Under the pieces are notes generated by a model. The model was given only the letters and a program-made list of their open reading frames with translations. It was not told where the DNA came from and made no database searches. From an uncultured Verrucomicrobiota bacterium (GTDB taxonomy: Bacteria > Verrucomicrobiota > Kiritimatiellia > CAIVKH01): 64,000 nucleotides of DNA. Numbering within the stretch: the first letter of the stretch is position 1; each line of letters begins with the position of its first letter. This document shows positions 27,095-37,223 of the stretch, in pieces. The stretch is from NCBI GenBank assembly GCA_937996795.1, contig CALKUH010000029.1, positions 6,366-70,365 of the forward strand. Direction: 5' to 3'. Made by a program: the position numbers and the translations under genes.

Positions 27095-29188
27095 TCACTG
27101 AATTCCAGCGAGGGCGTCCAACACGAGGCCCGGGGTCAACACTTCCGGCAGGACGCTCGGCGGGGTGGCGGCGTCGCGGCCATACAGGACGTAGAGGGGC
27201 ACGCCGCTGCGGCCGAACTCCGCGAGCGCGCGGGTGATGACCTCGTCGTGGTCGGTCCAGTCCGCGCGGAGGGTTGCGACGCCGAGCGCGCGGAATTGCG
27301 CCTCGACCTCCTTGTTGTAGAGCGCGATGCGCTTGTTGGCCTGGCAGGTGATGCACCACGCGGCGGTGAAGTCGATGAAGACCGGCGTGCCCGCGGCGCG
27401 CAATTCGGCGACGCGTTCGGGGGAGAACGGTTCCCACGTCACGCCGCCCGCGGTGACGTGGGCGCCGCCGGACTCCGCGCGGGTCGGTTCGTGCGAGAGC
27501 GTGCCGGCGAGCGCCGCCACAGCGATGCCCGTCGCGACCACGCGCGCCCACAGCCGCGTGCGGAACGGGCGATGCAGCGCGCCCCATCGGCCCGCGATCC
27601 ACGCGGCGAGCGCCAGCGCCAGGAAGAGCACCGCCATCCGGATCACCGTGTCCGCGCTGGTTTGCAGGCTCAGCACCCACAGCAACCACACCACCGTGGC
27701 CATCATCAGGAAGCCCATGAACTGCTTCATCGACTCCATCCACGGGCCGGGCCGCGGGACCTTGCGAATCAAGCCCGGCATCGCGGAGAGCAGCACGTAG
27801 GGTGCCGCCATGCCGGCGCCGAGCGCTGTGAAGATGGCGAGCGCGCCGGCCGTGGGCAGGGCGAGCGCATACCCGAGCGCCGCGCCCATCATCGGCGCCG
27901 TGCACGGCGTCGCGACGATGGTGGCGAGCAGGCCGCTGAAGAAGGAGCCGCTCAATCCGCTTTTGGATTGCAGGCCCTGGCCCGCGCCGGTGAGCGACAG
28001 CCCGATTTCAAAAAGGCCGAAGAGGCTGAGGCCGAGCGCAAAAAACAACGCGGCCAGCGCCATGACGATCCGCGGCTCCTGCAACTGGAAGCCCCATCCG
28101 ATTTCCGCTCCGCCCGCGCGCAGCGCAAGCAGCGTGCCGGCGAGCGCCCAGAAGCACACCAGCACTCCGGCGGCAAACACGAACCCGTGCGCCAGCAGGC
28201 GTCCCCGCGATTCGCCCGCCTGTTCGACGAAGCCGAGCAGCTTGATCGAAATCACGGGGAACACGCACGGCATCAAATTGAGCACCAGCCCGCCGCCAAA
28301 CGCCAGCAGCAGGGCGAGGGGGAGGGTCATGGCGCCGGTTTCCGGCGCGGGCGCGACGGGGGCCGTTTGCAGCGGCACATCGATTCGCAACGCGGGACGC
28401 GTTCCGTCAGGCAGCCAGCCTTTTGTGGTTACGGCGACACCCTGGATGCGATCGGGCCACGCGCCTGCGGTCGCGGATCGGGGGACAGTCAGGGTGACCG
28501 TGTTGCCGTCACGTCCCACTTTTTGTTCCGCCGCGTGGTCAATCAGTTCATTGGAGTCGGGAAAGAAGGTCAGGTCGTCCAGCGCACCGGGTCCCCGGAA
28601 CGTGAGCACGAGCGCGTTGTCCTTTCGCGCGGCTTCGATCTGCCAGTCGTTTAGCTGATCGACCGGCAGGGCGGCGCGCGCAGCGGCGAAGGCCGGGGCG
28701 TGGCGGATGTCTGCTGGCGCCTCCGCGGCGACGGGCAGGGTCAGCTCCAGTTGCGCGCGGCCGGGGATGCAGACCTCCTTGCACATCAACCAGTCCGCGC
28801 GCGCGTTCAGCGTCACGGCCGTTTGCGTCAGCGTGGCGGGCGGCGTGATTTCGACCAGCAGCAGCACTTCACCCTCATAGCCGTAGCTCATCAGCGGCGG
28901 CGTGGCGATGGCTTGGGGATGGGGCCAGACGATGGGGCCGGCGGAAAACCCTTCGGACAGGCTCCACTTGAGTTTGGTTTCGAGTCCCGAGTCGCCCGCA
29001 TTCTTCCAATACGTGTGCCAGTGCTCATCCATCACGAGGCGCAGGCCCACCCAGAAGGGTTTGCCGGCCGTGACGGCCGTCGGCTCGGCGATCAGCTCCG
29101 CCTCCACGTGTTTATCGCGCACAGGCGCGGCGGGTGCGGACAGCGCCATCGCGAAAACAAAAAGTGAAAACAGAAACTTCATCATCAT
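27095..29188 (-). CDS. dsbD: thiol:disulfide interchange protein DsbD family (N-terminal periplasmic domain, DsbD TM core, C-terminal thioredoxin)
   Basis: Signal peptide present. LNLMPCVFPV and ATPCTAPMMG form the paired-Cys TM core. The C-terminal IDFTAAWCITCQ is a CxxC thioredoxin motif. Confidence 0.8.
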   Translation of the reverse strand: MMMKFLFSLFVFAMALSAPAAPVRDKHVEAELIAEPTAVTAGKPFWVGLRLVMDEHWHTYWKNAGDSGLETKLKWSLSEGFSAGPIVWPHPQAIATPPLMSYGYEGEVLLLVEITPPATLTQTAVTLNARADWLMCKEVCIPGRAQLELTLPVAAEAPADIRHAPAFAAARAALPVDQLNDWQIEAARKDNALVLTFRGPGALDDLTFFPDSNELIDHAAEQKVGRDGNTVTLTVPRSATAGAWPDRIQGVAVTTKGWLPDGTRPALRIDVPLQTAPVAPAPETGAMTLPLALLLAFGGGLVLNLMPCVFPVISIKLLGFVEQAGESRGRLLAHGFVFAAGVLVCFWALAGTLLALRAGGAEIGWGFQLQEPRIVMALAALFFALGLSLFGLFEIGLSLTGAGQGLQSKSGLSGSFFSGLLATIVATPCTAPMMGAALGYALALPTAGALAIFTALGAGMAAPYVLLSAMPGLIRKVPRPGPWMESMKQFMGFLMMATVVWLLWVLSLQTSADTVIRMAVLFLALALAAWIAGRWGALHRPFRTRLWARVVATGIAVAALAGTLSHEPTRAESGGAHVTAGGVTWEPFSPERVAELRAAGTPVFIDFTAAWCITCQANKRIALYNKEVEAQFRALGVATLRADWTDHDEVITRALAEFGRSGVPLYVLYGRDAATPPSVLPEVLTPGLVLDALAGIQ

Positions 29189-29247
29189 GGATTTGACCGG
29201 CGGCGCCGGGCCTTGCTCAAAGATGAGTCGATATTTGGCGGCATTCC

Positions 29248-30807
29248 TTACGATCCGCGGCTGTCCACGCCGCGCTCGTATTCACCGGCCTTCCGCAATT
29301 CGCGCTTGAGGATCTTGCCCGCCGCGTTTTTGGGCAGCTGCGGGATGAGGTTGAATTTGCGGGGGATTTCGTGGCGCCCGAGGTTGTCGCGGCAGTGCTG
29401 GCGCAGGTCCGCGGCGGTGGCGGCCGCGCCCTCCTTGAGCGCGATGAACGCGACCGGGATTTCCCCGTGCAACTCGTCGGGCTCGCCGACGACCGCCGCC
29501 TCGCGCACCGCCGGGTGCTTGTAGAGCACCTCCTCGATGACGCGCGGATAGACGTTCATGCCGTTGACGATGATCATGTCCTTCTTGCGGTCCACGATAT
29601 AGAAGTAGCCGTCGTCGTCCTCCGTGCCGAGGTCGCCGGTGCGGAACCATTCGCCGAAAAAAGCCTCCTTCGTTTCGGCTTCGTGGTTCCAGTAGCCCTT
29701 CATCACGTTCGGCCCGCGCACGACGATCTCGCCGATCGTGCCGTGCGGCACCTCCTGTCCGCGCTCGTCCACGATCTTCATGTCGACGCGCGGCACGGGC
29801 AGGCCGACGGACGCCGGTTTGCGCACCCCGCCGATCGGATTCACGCACGTCACCGGCGAGCATTCCGTGGGGCCGTCGCCCTCATAGACGAATTTGCCGA
29901 ACTTCGCCTCGAACTGGCGCATCACCTCCACCGGCATCGCCGCGCCACCGGAGACGGCATAGTGCAGCGACGCGAATTTCGGCACCTCGCTGTCCGGCAG
30001 GCGGAGCAGGACGCTGAACATGCTCGGCACCATCGGCAGCACGGTCACGCCGTGCGTCGCGACGAGGTCGGCCACGCCCTGCGGGTCGAATTTCGGGACC
30101 GGGACCACGGTGCAGCCATTCGTGAGCGGGAAGATCATGCATACCGTCGCCGCGAACGCGTGGAACATCGGGAGCACGCAGAGCAGCACATCCCGGCCCG
30201 GCGTGAGTTGCAGCGCCTCGCGGATGCTCGCGACGTTCGACGCGAGGTTGCGATGCGTCAGCATCGCGCCCTTCGGGTGGCCCGTCGTGCCCGAGGTGTA
30301 GAGGATCGCCGCGAGGTCATCCTGCGGGTGGATCGCCGGTTGCGGAACCGGCGCGGTCGACGCCAGCAATTCCGTGAACGGCATATCGCCCAGCGGATTG
30401 TTCGCGCCAATGCATACCCGACACCCGACACCTGACACCTGGCCTCCAATCGCCTTCACCGCCTCCGCGAACAACTCGAAATAGATCAGCCCTTTGACCC
30501 CCGCGTCGTTGAGGATGTAGGCCACTTCCTTCGGATTCAGCAACAAGTTGACCGGCACCACCGTCGCACCGGCCTTGAGGATGCCGAAGTACGCGAAGGC
30601 GAAGGCGTCGCTGTTCACGCAATACAGCCCCACGCGGTCGCCCGGTTGGATGCCGCGCGCGGCGAGGCCCGCGGCGACGCGATCCGTGAGCTGGTCGAAG
30701 ACGGCATGCGTCGTCGTCCGCCCGCCGAACACGATCGCCGGCAACGGTCCATAGGTGCGGGCGCTGGCCCGCGCGAGGTCGACAAGGGTCTGTTGGGGTT
30801 CAGTCAC
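29248..30807 (-). CDS. long-chain-fatty-acid--CoA ligase (AMP-dependent synthetase)
   Basis: AMP-binding motifs are present: YTSGTTGHPKGAMLTHRNL, YGPTE-like GDGPTEC, TGDLG and PKNAAGKILKRELR. Confidence 0.88.
   Translation of the reverse strand: MTEPQQTLVDLARASARTYGPLPAIVFGGRTTTHAVFDQLTDRVAAGLAARGIQPGDRVGLYCVNSDAFAFAYFGILKAGATVVPVNLLLNPKEVAYILNDAGVKGLIYFELFAEAVKAIGGQVSGVGCRVCIGANNPLGDMPFTELLASTAPVPQPAIHPQDDLAAILYTSGTTGHPKGAMLTHRNLASNVASIREALQLTPGRDVLLCVLPMFHAFAATVCMIFPLTNGCTVVPVPKFDPQGVADLVATHGVTVLPMVPSMFSVLLRLPDSEVPKFASLHYAVSGGAAMPVEVMRQFEAKFGKFVYEGDGPTECSPVTCVNPIGGVRKPASVGLPVPRVDMKIVDERGQEVPHGTIGEIVVRGPNVMKGYWNHEAETKEAFFGEWFRTGDLGTEDDDGYFYIVDRKKDMIIVNGMNVYPRVIEEVLYKHPAVREAAVVGEPDELHGEIPVAFIALKEGAAATAADLRQHCRDNLGRHEIPRKFNLIPQLPKNAAGKILKRELRKAGEYERGVDSRGS
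30416..30439. repeat. GACACC-family repeat unit embedded in-frame in the acyl-CoA synthetase CDS
   Basis: ACCCGACACCCGACACCTGACACC on the + strand is read on the - strand as ...GGQVSGVGCRV... within the protein. Confidence 0.6.
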
Positions 30808-31074
30808 GCGACAGTTCTCCTGGAGTGAGTGCGGCGCATTGAATGCCGCCCCTGAATGCGCGGATCAGCCATCCCGGCGGCACTTCCCATGGAGCATAGT
30901 GGGTCCGCACGGGCGTGGCAATCCGGGTGCGCCGGTTGAAAGCGCTATCGGCTGGGTTTCGGGCGGGGTATGATGCCGACGGAGGCCTGGGGCGCGCATA
31001 ACGCCCAGTCACTCATCGTCTGTAGAGCACCGTTGCGGGAGCGTGATAAGAATGGCTCATGGAACAGCGGGTTC

Positions 31075-31755
31075 ATGATGAGCGCGCAACTTAGAGAGTA
31101 CTTCGGCGGGCTGGTGCGCACGCAGCGCGGGTTACGGGGCATTTCCCAGGAGGAACTCGCGGGTCGCGCGGGCCTGCACCGGACATACCTCTCCGATATC
31201 GAGCGGGGCGCCCGCAACCCGTCGCTGGAAAGCATCAATAAAATTGCGAAGGCGCTCGGGGTTCCGCTGGCGATGCTGTTTTCGCCGCCCACATCCCTCA
31301 CGGCCGAACCGGCCGATGGGTCGTCCGCACCAGCCTGTCTGGACATTTTGCTCGTGGAGGACAATCCCCACGATGTGGCGTTGACGTTGCGCGCGTTTGA
31401 ACGCGCGCGCCTGTCCAATCCGGTGCAGGTCGTGCGGGACGGCGAGGAGGCGCTGGACTATCTGTTCTGCACCGGGGCCTATGCGTCGCGGTGGGGGGCG
31501 CCCCTGCCCGGCATCCTGTTGCTGGATCTTAACCTGCCCAAGGTGGAGGGCATCGAAGTCTTGCGCCGCGTGAAGGGGGATGAGCGAACGGCCGCGATCC
31601 CGGTGGTGGTGTTGACCGCATCCGCGCGGGAGCGGGATGCGCTGGCCTGCCGCCAGTCGGGAGCCGACGCGTACCTGGTGAAGCCCGTCAACTTTGCCGC
31701 ATTAAGCGAAATCGCGCCCAGGCTGAGTTTCTCCTGGACCCTGACCCATGTTTAA
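31075..31755 (+). CDS. XRE-family HTH fused N-terminally to a response-regulator receiver domain
   Basis: RGISQEELAGRAGLHRTYLSDIERGARNPSLESINKIAKALG is an HTH_XRE segment. ILLVEDNPHDVAL...ILLLDLNLPKVEGIEVL...PVVVLTAS...YLVKP is a REC domain. The start (31075 versus 30970) is uncertain. Confidence 0.65.
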   Translation: MMSAQLREYFGGLVRTQRGLRGISQEELAGRAGLHRTYLSDIERGARNPSLESINKIAKALGVPLAMLFSPPTSLTAEPADGSSAPACLDILLVEDNPHDVALTLRAFERARLSNPVQVVRDGEEALDYLFCTGAYASRWGAPLPGILLLDLNLPKVEGIEVLRRVKGDERTAAIPVVVLTASARERDALACRQSGADAYLVKPVNFAALSEIAPRLSFSWTLTHV

Positions 31756-31785
31756 ACCGGCGCCCGACGCCGGAGGGGAAGGCGC

Positions 31786-33342
31786 ATGAGCAATGAACGC
31801 GGTGATGCAGTAAAGCCCGACGAGGAGCACTTCCTCCGGAGCCTGGCGGAGCATACGCCGGACGCGCTGGTCGCGCTGTCGCCCGACGGGGTGGTGTTCT
31901 ACTGGAACCGCGCCGCGGAGACTGTTTTCGGGTATGCCGCCGCCGACGTGCTCCGCCGGCGACTGGACGAGGTTCTCGTGCCCGCGGATAGCATGGGCGA
32001 ACATCAACGCCACGTGCAGGAGACGCTGGCGAATGGGCAGTCTTCCTGCGAAGCGGAGCTGCTGCGCCGCGACGGCTCGCTGGTGGTCGTGAACATCACA
32101 TCGCGCGCCGTGCGTGAATCGGCGGACCGCGTGGACTATGTGCTGTCCACCATGCGCGATGTCACCGACCTCAAGGTGCGCAACGACAGCATGTTGCTGG
32201 AGGCCAAGTTCCGCGACCTGCTCGAATCCACGCCGGACGCCATCGTCATGGTGAATCGCACCGGTCGCATCGTGCTGGTCAACGGGCAGGCCGAACGGTT
32301 GTTTGGCTACGAACGGGGCGAGTTGAGGAACCAGCCCATTGAGGTGCTGCTGCCCGAGCGGTTCCGCCACACGCATATTGCCCACCGCGCCCGCTACATT
32401 GCGCAACCGCGCGTGCGCGCGATGGGCGCCGGCCTGGAGTTGTTCGGGCGGCGGCGCGATGGCGGCGAATTCCCGGTCGAAATCAGCTTGAGTCCGCTGA
32501 CCACCGAACACGGCACCCTGGTCATGAGCGCGATCCGCGATGTGTCGGAACGCAAGCGCGCAGAGCGCGCGCTGCAGAATGCGAACGAGGAACTCGAGTC
32601 GTTCGCCTATTCGATCTCCCACGATTTGCGCGCGCCGTTGCGGGCTATCGACGGATTTTCGCGGGCCGTGCTGGAGGATTGCCGCGATCAACTCCCGCCC
32701 GACAGCCGCAGGGATCTGGAGCGGGTGCGGGAGGGGGTTGTCCAGATGGCGGCGCTGATTGATGACCTGCTGACGTTTTCCCGGCTGAGCCGCCAGCCGC
32801 TGCAAAAGGCCGCGATCCGCCAGTCCGACCTTCTGGCGCGCGCGTGGGACCAGTTGCGCGGGGAGTGGAACGGGCGCCAGGTCGAGCTGCGGGCCGGCGA
32901 TCTCGGCGTGTGCACGGGCGATCCCGCCCTGTTACACCAAGTGTGGGTGAATCTCCTCTCCAATGCGTTGAAATACACGCGCGGCCGCGAAACCGCCGTT
33001 GTGGAGGTCGGCCGCACGGTCCTTCCCATGGAGGCCGTGCAGCGCAGCGCCGCGCACCACGCCGCCTGGAGCCCCTCCACGGACGCCGCCTTTGCGCCCC
33101 GGAATGAGGTGGTGGTCTATTTCGTCCGCGACAACGGGGTCGGATTTGACATGCGCTACAAGGGGAAGCTCTTCAGCGTGTTCCAGCGCCTGCATCGCGC
33201 CGAGGACTACGAAGGCACCGGGGTCGGCCTCGCGATCGTCCATCGCATCCTGCACCGCCACGGCGGCGCCGTGTGGGCCGAGGCGGAGGTGGACCGCGGC
33301 GCGACGTTCTACTTTACCTTGATGGAGGCGCCGCCACCGTGA
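31786..33342 (+). CDS. PAS-domain sensor histidine kinase
   Basis: Two PAS-like modules are present ([13 protein letters not shown]..., [18 protein letters not shown]). The H-box is [18 protein letters not shown]. The ATPase N/G boxes are NLLSNALKY and DNGVGFD...GTGVGLAIV. Confidence 0.8.
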   Translation: MSNERGDAVKPDEEHFLRSLAEHTPDALVALSPDGVVFYWNRAAETVFGYAAADVLRRRLDEVLVPADSMGEHQRHVQETLANGQSSCEAELLRRDGSLVVVNITSRAVRESADRVDYVLSTMRDVTDLKVRNDSMLLEAKFRDLLESTPDAIVMVNRTGRIVLVNGQAERLFGYERGELRNQPIEVLLPERFRHTHIAHRARYIAQPRVRAMGAGLELFGRRRDGGEFPVEISLSPLTTEHGTLVMSAIRDVSERKRAERALQNANEELESFAYSISHDLRAPLRAIDGFSRAVLEDCRDQLPPDSRRDLERVREGVVQMAALIDDLLTFSRLSRQPLQKAAIRQSDLLARAWDQLRGEWNGRQVELRAGDLGVCTGDPALLHQVWVNLLSNALKYTRGRETAVVEVGRTVLPMEAVQRSAAHHAAWSPSTDAAFAPRNEVVVYFVRDNGVGFDMRYKGKLFSVFQRLHRAEDYEGTGVGLAIVHRILHRHGGAVWAEAEVDRGATFYFTLMEAPPP

Positions 33343-33794
33343 GCACACCGGCGCCATTTGAGCTGTTGGTGCTTGAGGACAATCCGCTGGATCTCGAGTT
33401 GATCCTGCGCACGCTGCGTGGCGCCGCATTGGGCGGGCACTGCCGGGTGATGCGCGATGGCGCGGAAGCCCTCGAGTATTTGTTTGGCGGCGCCAACGGC
33501 GCGCCCGCCGCCGCGCCGCTGCCCCGCGTGGTGTTCCTGGATCTCAAGTTGCCCCGCGTGGACGGGCTGGAGGTGCTGAAGCAACTGCGGGAGAACGACC
33601 GCACGCGCACGCTCCCGGTCGTGGTGCTGACCTCTTCGCGCGAACTCAAGGACATCCAGGCCTGCTATGCGATGGGGGTCAACAGCTACATCGTAAAACC
33701 GGTCCAATTCGAGTCGTTTGCCGAGGCGGTGCGGCTCGCCGGGCTCTACTGGGTGAATGTCAACCAGCCGCCCGCGGGCGGGGGGGCGGCATGA
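33339..33794 (+). CDS. single-domain response regulator (CheY-like)
   Basis: The GTG start overlaps the kinase stop (GTGA). [13 protein letters not shown]...[16 protein letters not shown]...PVVVLTSS...SYIVKP is a REC domain. Confidence 0.75.
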   Translation: MSTPAPFELLVLEDNPLDLELILRTLRGAALGGHCRVMRDGAEALEYLFGGANGAPAAAPLPRVVFLDLKLPRVDGLEVLKQLRENDRTRTLPVVVLTSSRELKDIQACYAMGVNSYIVKPVQFESFAEAVRLAGLYWVNVNQPPAGGGAA

Positions 33795-35719
33795 CCCAGC
33801 CACTCCGCGCGCTGTTGCTGGAAGATCGGGAAACCGATGCCGAGCTCGTGAAGCGCGAGCTGCGCCGGTCCGGGTTCACCGGCGACTGGCCGCGCGTGCA
33901 GACGGAGGCGGATTTTCTCGCGCAGCTGAACGAAGGGCTGGAGATCATCCTGGCGGATTATGAAATGCCGCAGTTCAGCGCGCTGCGCGCCCTGGAATTG
34001 CTTCGCGAACACGGGCGGCACATCCCGCTGATCATCATCTCCGGCACCATTGGGGAGGAAACCGCGGTTTCCGCCATGCGCGAAGGCGCCGTGGATTATC
34101 TCCTGAAGGATCGACTGGGCCGCCTCGGCGCGGCCGTGCGGGCGGCGCTGCACCTGAAGGCGGAGCGGGATGAAAAACGCTCCATCGCGGAGGCGCTTCG
34201 CGAGAGCGAGGCGCGCTTCCGGCAGATGGCGGAGGCGATCCCGGATGTCTTCTGGCTCAGCGATCCGGAAACGCAGCGCATGCTGTACGTGAGCCCGGCC
34301 TATGAACGCATCTGGGGCCGCAGCCGTGAAAGCCTCTATGCCGCACCGCGCTCCTTTGGCGAGGCGATTCATCCGGAGGATCGCCATCAACTGGATGAAA
34401 TCATGCGTGCCAAAGAAAAGGGCGGTGGTTTTGACCTCGTCTACCGCGTGGTCCGGCCGGATTCCACGATTCGCTGGATTCACGACAGCGGATTCCCGAT
34501 CCAGGGTCCAGCGGGCGCGGTGTATCGTGTGGCCGGTGTGGCGCGCGACATTACGCGCCAGCGCGAGCTGGAGGCTCAGTTGCTCCAATCCCAGAAAATG
34601 GAGGCCGTGGGCCGGCTCGCGGGTGGTGTCGCCCACGACTTCAACAACATCCTGACCGTGATCAACGGCTATGGCGAATCCCTGCAGCAGACGCTGCCCG
34701 CACAGGACCCGCGGCGCGAAATGGTGGATGAAATCTGCGGGGCGGGCCGCCGTGCCGCCGCGCTGACGCGGCAATTGCTGGCCTTCAGCCGAAAGCAAAT
34801 CCTGGATGTGCAGTTGATGGACCTGAACACCATTGTGCTGGACATGGAAAAGTTGCTGCGCCGCCTGCTGGGCGAACGGGTGGAGCTCAAGCTTTCCCTC
34901 GGCGCTGATCTGGGGCGGGTGCGGGCCGATCGCTCACAGCTGGAGCAGGTCATCCTGAACCTGGCCGTCAACGCAGGCGATGCCATGCCGGAGGGCGGGC
35001 AGCTCCATCTATCCACGCAGCCGGTGCGCTCGACGGACCCGCTCATGGCCTCCATTTCCCATGCAGGTGCGCCAGCGGACTTCGCGATGTTGTCCGTGCG
35101 GGACACCGGCATGGGCATGAGCGCAGAGGTGAAGGCCCACATCTTTGAACCCTTTTTCACCACGAAGCCGGAGGGGAAGGGAACCGGCTTGGGGCTCGCG
35201 ACCTGCTTCGGCGTCGTCCAGCAGAGCGGCGGCCATATCCTGGTCGAGAGCCGGGTCGGGGAGGGCACGACCTTTCGCATTTTTCTTCCCGTGTCCTCGT
35301 CCGGCGCACCCGAACCACAACCTGTGCCATTGAGTCATGCGCCGAAAGGCTCGGAAACCATCCTGCTGGTGGAGGATAATTCCTCCGTGCTCGCCTTGAC
35401 GGCAAAACTGTTGCGGACCGCGGGGTATGATGTGTTGGAAGCTCCGGATGGAAACGAAGGGTTCCAGCTGGCGCTTGAGCGCGAGGGCCGAATCGACCTG
35501 TTGTTGACGGACGCCGTCATGCCCCGCATGAGCGGCAGGGAACTGGTGGATCGCGTGCGCCGGCAATGGCCCCACATCCGGGCCTTGCTCTGCTCCGGCT
35601 ATGTGCAGGACGAACTGTCTGTTGACCCCGAATGGTTGGGCGGGCTGGCGTTCCTGCCCAAGCCGTATACGTCCGTCGAGCTCCTGCAGAAAGTGCGCGC
35701 GGTGCTGGACGCGAAGTAG
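33791..35719 (+). CDS. hybrid sensor histidine kinase (REC-PAS-HisKA-HATPase-REC)
   Basis: It overlaps the upstream stop by 4 nt. It has an N-terminal REC ([23 protein letters not shown]), a PAS domain, the H-box [14 protein letters not shown], the G-boxes DTGMGM and GTGLGLA, and a C-terminal REC ([11 protein letters not shown]...[12 protein letters not shown]). Confidence 0.85.
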   Translation: MTQPLRALLLEDRETDAELVKRELRRSGFTGDWPRVQTEADFLAQLNEGLEIILADYEMPQFSALRALELLREHGRHIPLIIISGTIGEETAVSAMREGAVDYLLKDRLGRLGAAVRAALHLKAERDEKRSIAEALRESEARFRQMAEAIPDVFWLSDPETQRMLYVSPAYERIWGRSRESLYAAPRSFGEAIHPEDRHQLDEIMRAKEKGGGFDLVYRVVRPDSTIRWIHDSGFPIQGPAGAVYRVAGVARDITRQRELEAQLLQSQKMEAVGRLAGGVAHDFNNILTVINGYGESLQQTLPAQDPRREMVDEICGAGRRAAALTRQLLAFSRKQILDVQLMDLNTIVLDMEKLLRRLLGERVELKLSLGADLGRVRADRSQLEQVILNLAVNAGDAMPEGGQLHLSTQPVRSTDPLMASISHAGAPADFAMLSVRDTGMGMSAEVKAHIFEPFFTTKPEGKGTGLGLATCFGVVQQSGGHILVESRVGEGTTFRIFLPVSSSGAPEPQPVPLSHAPKGSETILLVEDNSSVLALTAKLLRTAGYDVLEAPDGNEGFQLALEREGRIDLLLTDAVMPRMSGRELVDRVRRQWPHIRALLCSGYVQDELSVDPEWLGGLAFLPKPYTSVELLQKVRAVLDAK

Positions 35720-35750
35720 GCGCCTTGCCATGCGGCGCGGCCGACGCCGC

Positions 35751-37100
35751 CTAATATTTGTATGTGCTGCCCCCGATGAATTCGCGGATCAGCGAGTTCG
35801 ACGGGATGGGGCTGTCGTCGATGACGGGGTTCACGCCGTTGAGCAGCTCGAAGATGCGCTTGGCGCGGATGTAGGCGTCCTGGCGTTTCGGTTGTTCCCG
35901 GTACAGCTTCATCGCCTCCGGGAAGTGGTGGAACAGCTTGGCCTTGAGAATCGGGATCTCATACGGCATCGCGCTGTTCACGAGGTAGTCCACCGTTCCG
36001 ATGAACGGGATGATGTTCTTGAGCTCGCTGCGCCGCACGTAGTGCCAGTGGGCGAGGGTTTGCAGCGGCTGCAAATTGCGGTGCCAGCTGTCGCGGATCA
36101 TGCGCCGCATCAGCCGGTTGTCGGCCCAGCGCATGAAGTTGCCCTGGCCGTCGCGCAACTGGCCGAGCGTCTCGATGTAGAGGCGGAACTTCTTCGACGC
36201 CGGGATGGCCGAGGTCATCGCGTCGTAGAGCCCGTGCAGGCTGTCGATGAGCAGGATCTGGTTCGGCGCGAGCGACATTTCGTGCACGTCGAGCGTGCGC
36301 GTACCGGTCTTGAAGTCGTAGTGCGGCGTCTTGATCGTCCGGCCTTCCAGCAGATCAAAGAGATGCTGGTTGATGAGGGAGAGATCAAGCGCCTGCGGCG
36401 TTTCGTAGTCGTAATCCCCGAACTCGTCCTTCGGGTGCATCTCCAGGTTGAAGAAATAGTGGTCCACGTTGATCGCGACGAGCTCCATGCCCGCCGCCTT
36501 CAGGGCCTCGCTCATCTTGATCGTGGTCGTCGTCTTGCCGGATGACGACGGGCCCGCGATGATGACGATCCGCACGTCGGGCAGGCGCTCGATGACTTTT
36601 TGCGCGCCCTCGGCCACCTCCATCGAGTAGCGCTCGTCGCAATCGCGCACGAGTTGGGGGAAGCGTCCGCGCGCGATGATCTCGTTCAGCCCGTCCACGG
36701 TTTCGCACCCGTGGTTCATGTTCCAGCGCAGGACCTCGTAGATCTTCTTGTAGGGGATGTTGTCCGTCGCCTCGATCTTCGCATCGCGCCCGGAGCGCTG
36801 GCGTGAACGGTCGTGCCGGTAGACGATGTAGGCCTTGGCCGTCCGGACGTGGCCGTTCTTGATCAGCACCTCCTCGACGACGTCCTGGATCTCCTCGACG
36901 CTGGGCATCGAATAGGGGCCGTACACCTCGACCATCCGGCGTTCGACCTCGACGGCAAGCTCCTCCGCGAGGCGCCGGTCCGATCCCCCCACGGTGGAGG
37001 CCGCCTTGAATATCGCGGTGGCAATCCGATCCCGGTCATACGCGACAATGTTGCCGTCGCGTTTCACGATGCGCTCAATCGGGCAGGCCGGTGCAGTCAT
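35751..37100 (-). CDS. ATP-cone domain fused to a P-loop uridine-kinase/phosphoribulokinase-like nucleoside kinase
   Basis: The N-terminal IVKRDGNIVAYDRDRIATAIFKA...VEEIQDVVEEVL is an ATP-cone. The Walker A segment IVIIAGPSSSGKTTTT is followed by INVDHYF, giving a uridine-kinase-like layout. Confidence 0.65.
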   Translation of the reverse strand: MTAPACPIERIVKRDGNIVAYDRDRIATAIFKAASTVGGSDRRLAEELAVEVERRMVEVYGPYSMPSVEEIQDVVEEVLIKNGHVRTAKAYIVYRHDRSRQRSGRDAKIEATDNIPYKKIYEVLRWNMNHGCETVDGLNEIIARGRFPQLVRDCDERYSMEVAEGAQKVIERLPDVRIVIIAGPSSSGKTTTTIKMSEALKAAGMELVAINVDHYFFNLEMHPKDEFGDYDYETPQALDLSLINQHLFDLLEGRTIKTPHYDFKTGTRTLDVHEMSLAPNQILLIDSLHGLYDAMTSAIPASKKFRLYIETLGQLRDGQGNFMRWADNRLMRRMIRDSWHRNLQPLQTLAHWHYVRRSELKNIIPFIGTVDYLVNSAMPYEIPILKAKLFHHFPEAMKLYREQPKRQDAYIRAKRIFELLNGVNPVIDDSPIPSNSLIREFIGGSTYKY

Positions 37101-37223
37101 GTCCTCTTCTCCCCAAGCCGGTCCCACACAAGCGGAACCCGCCTGTTTGCAGGGGGATACCGTAGCGGGTCCAGCGTTGGGAAACAAGACGAAGACGACG
37201 AAGGGGATGCGCGAGGGGGGATG

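Noticed and set aside
30970-31074. Upstream extension of the XRE-REC gene (track start at 30970)
   Set aside because: The extra 35 residues (MMPTEAWGAHNAQSLIVCRAPLRERDKNGSWNSGF) look non-native and precede the HTH helix 1, which begins right after the MM at 31075. This was kept only as an alternative start.
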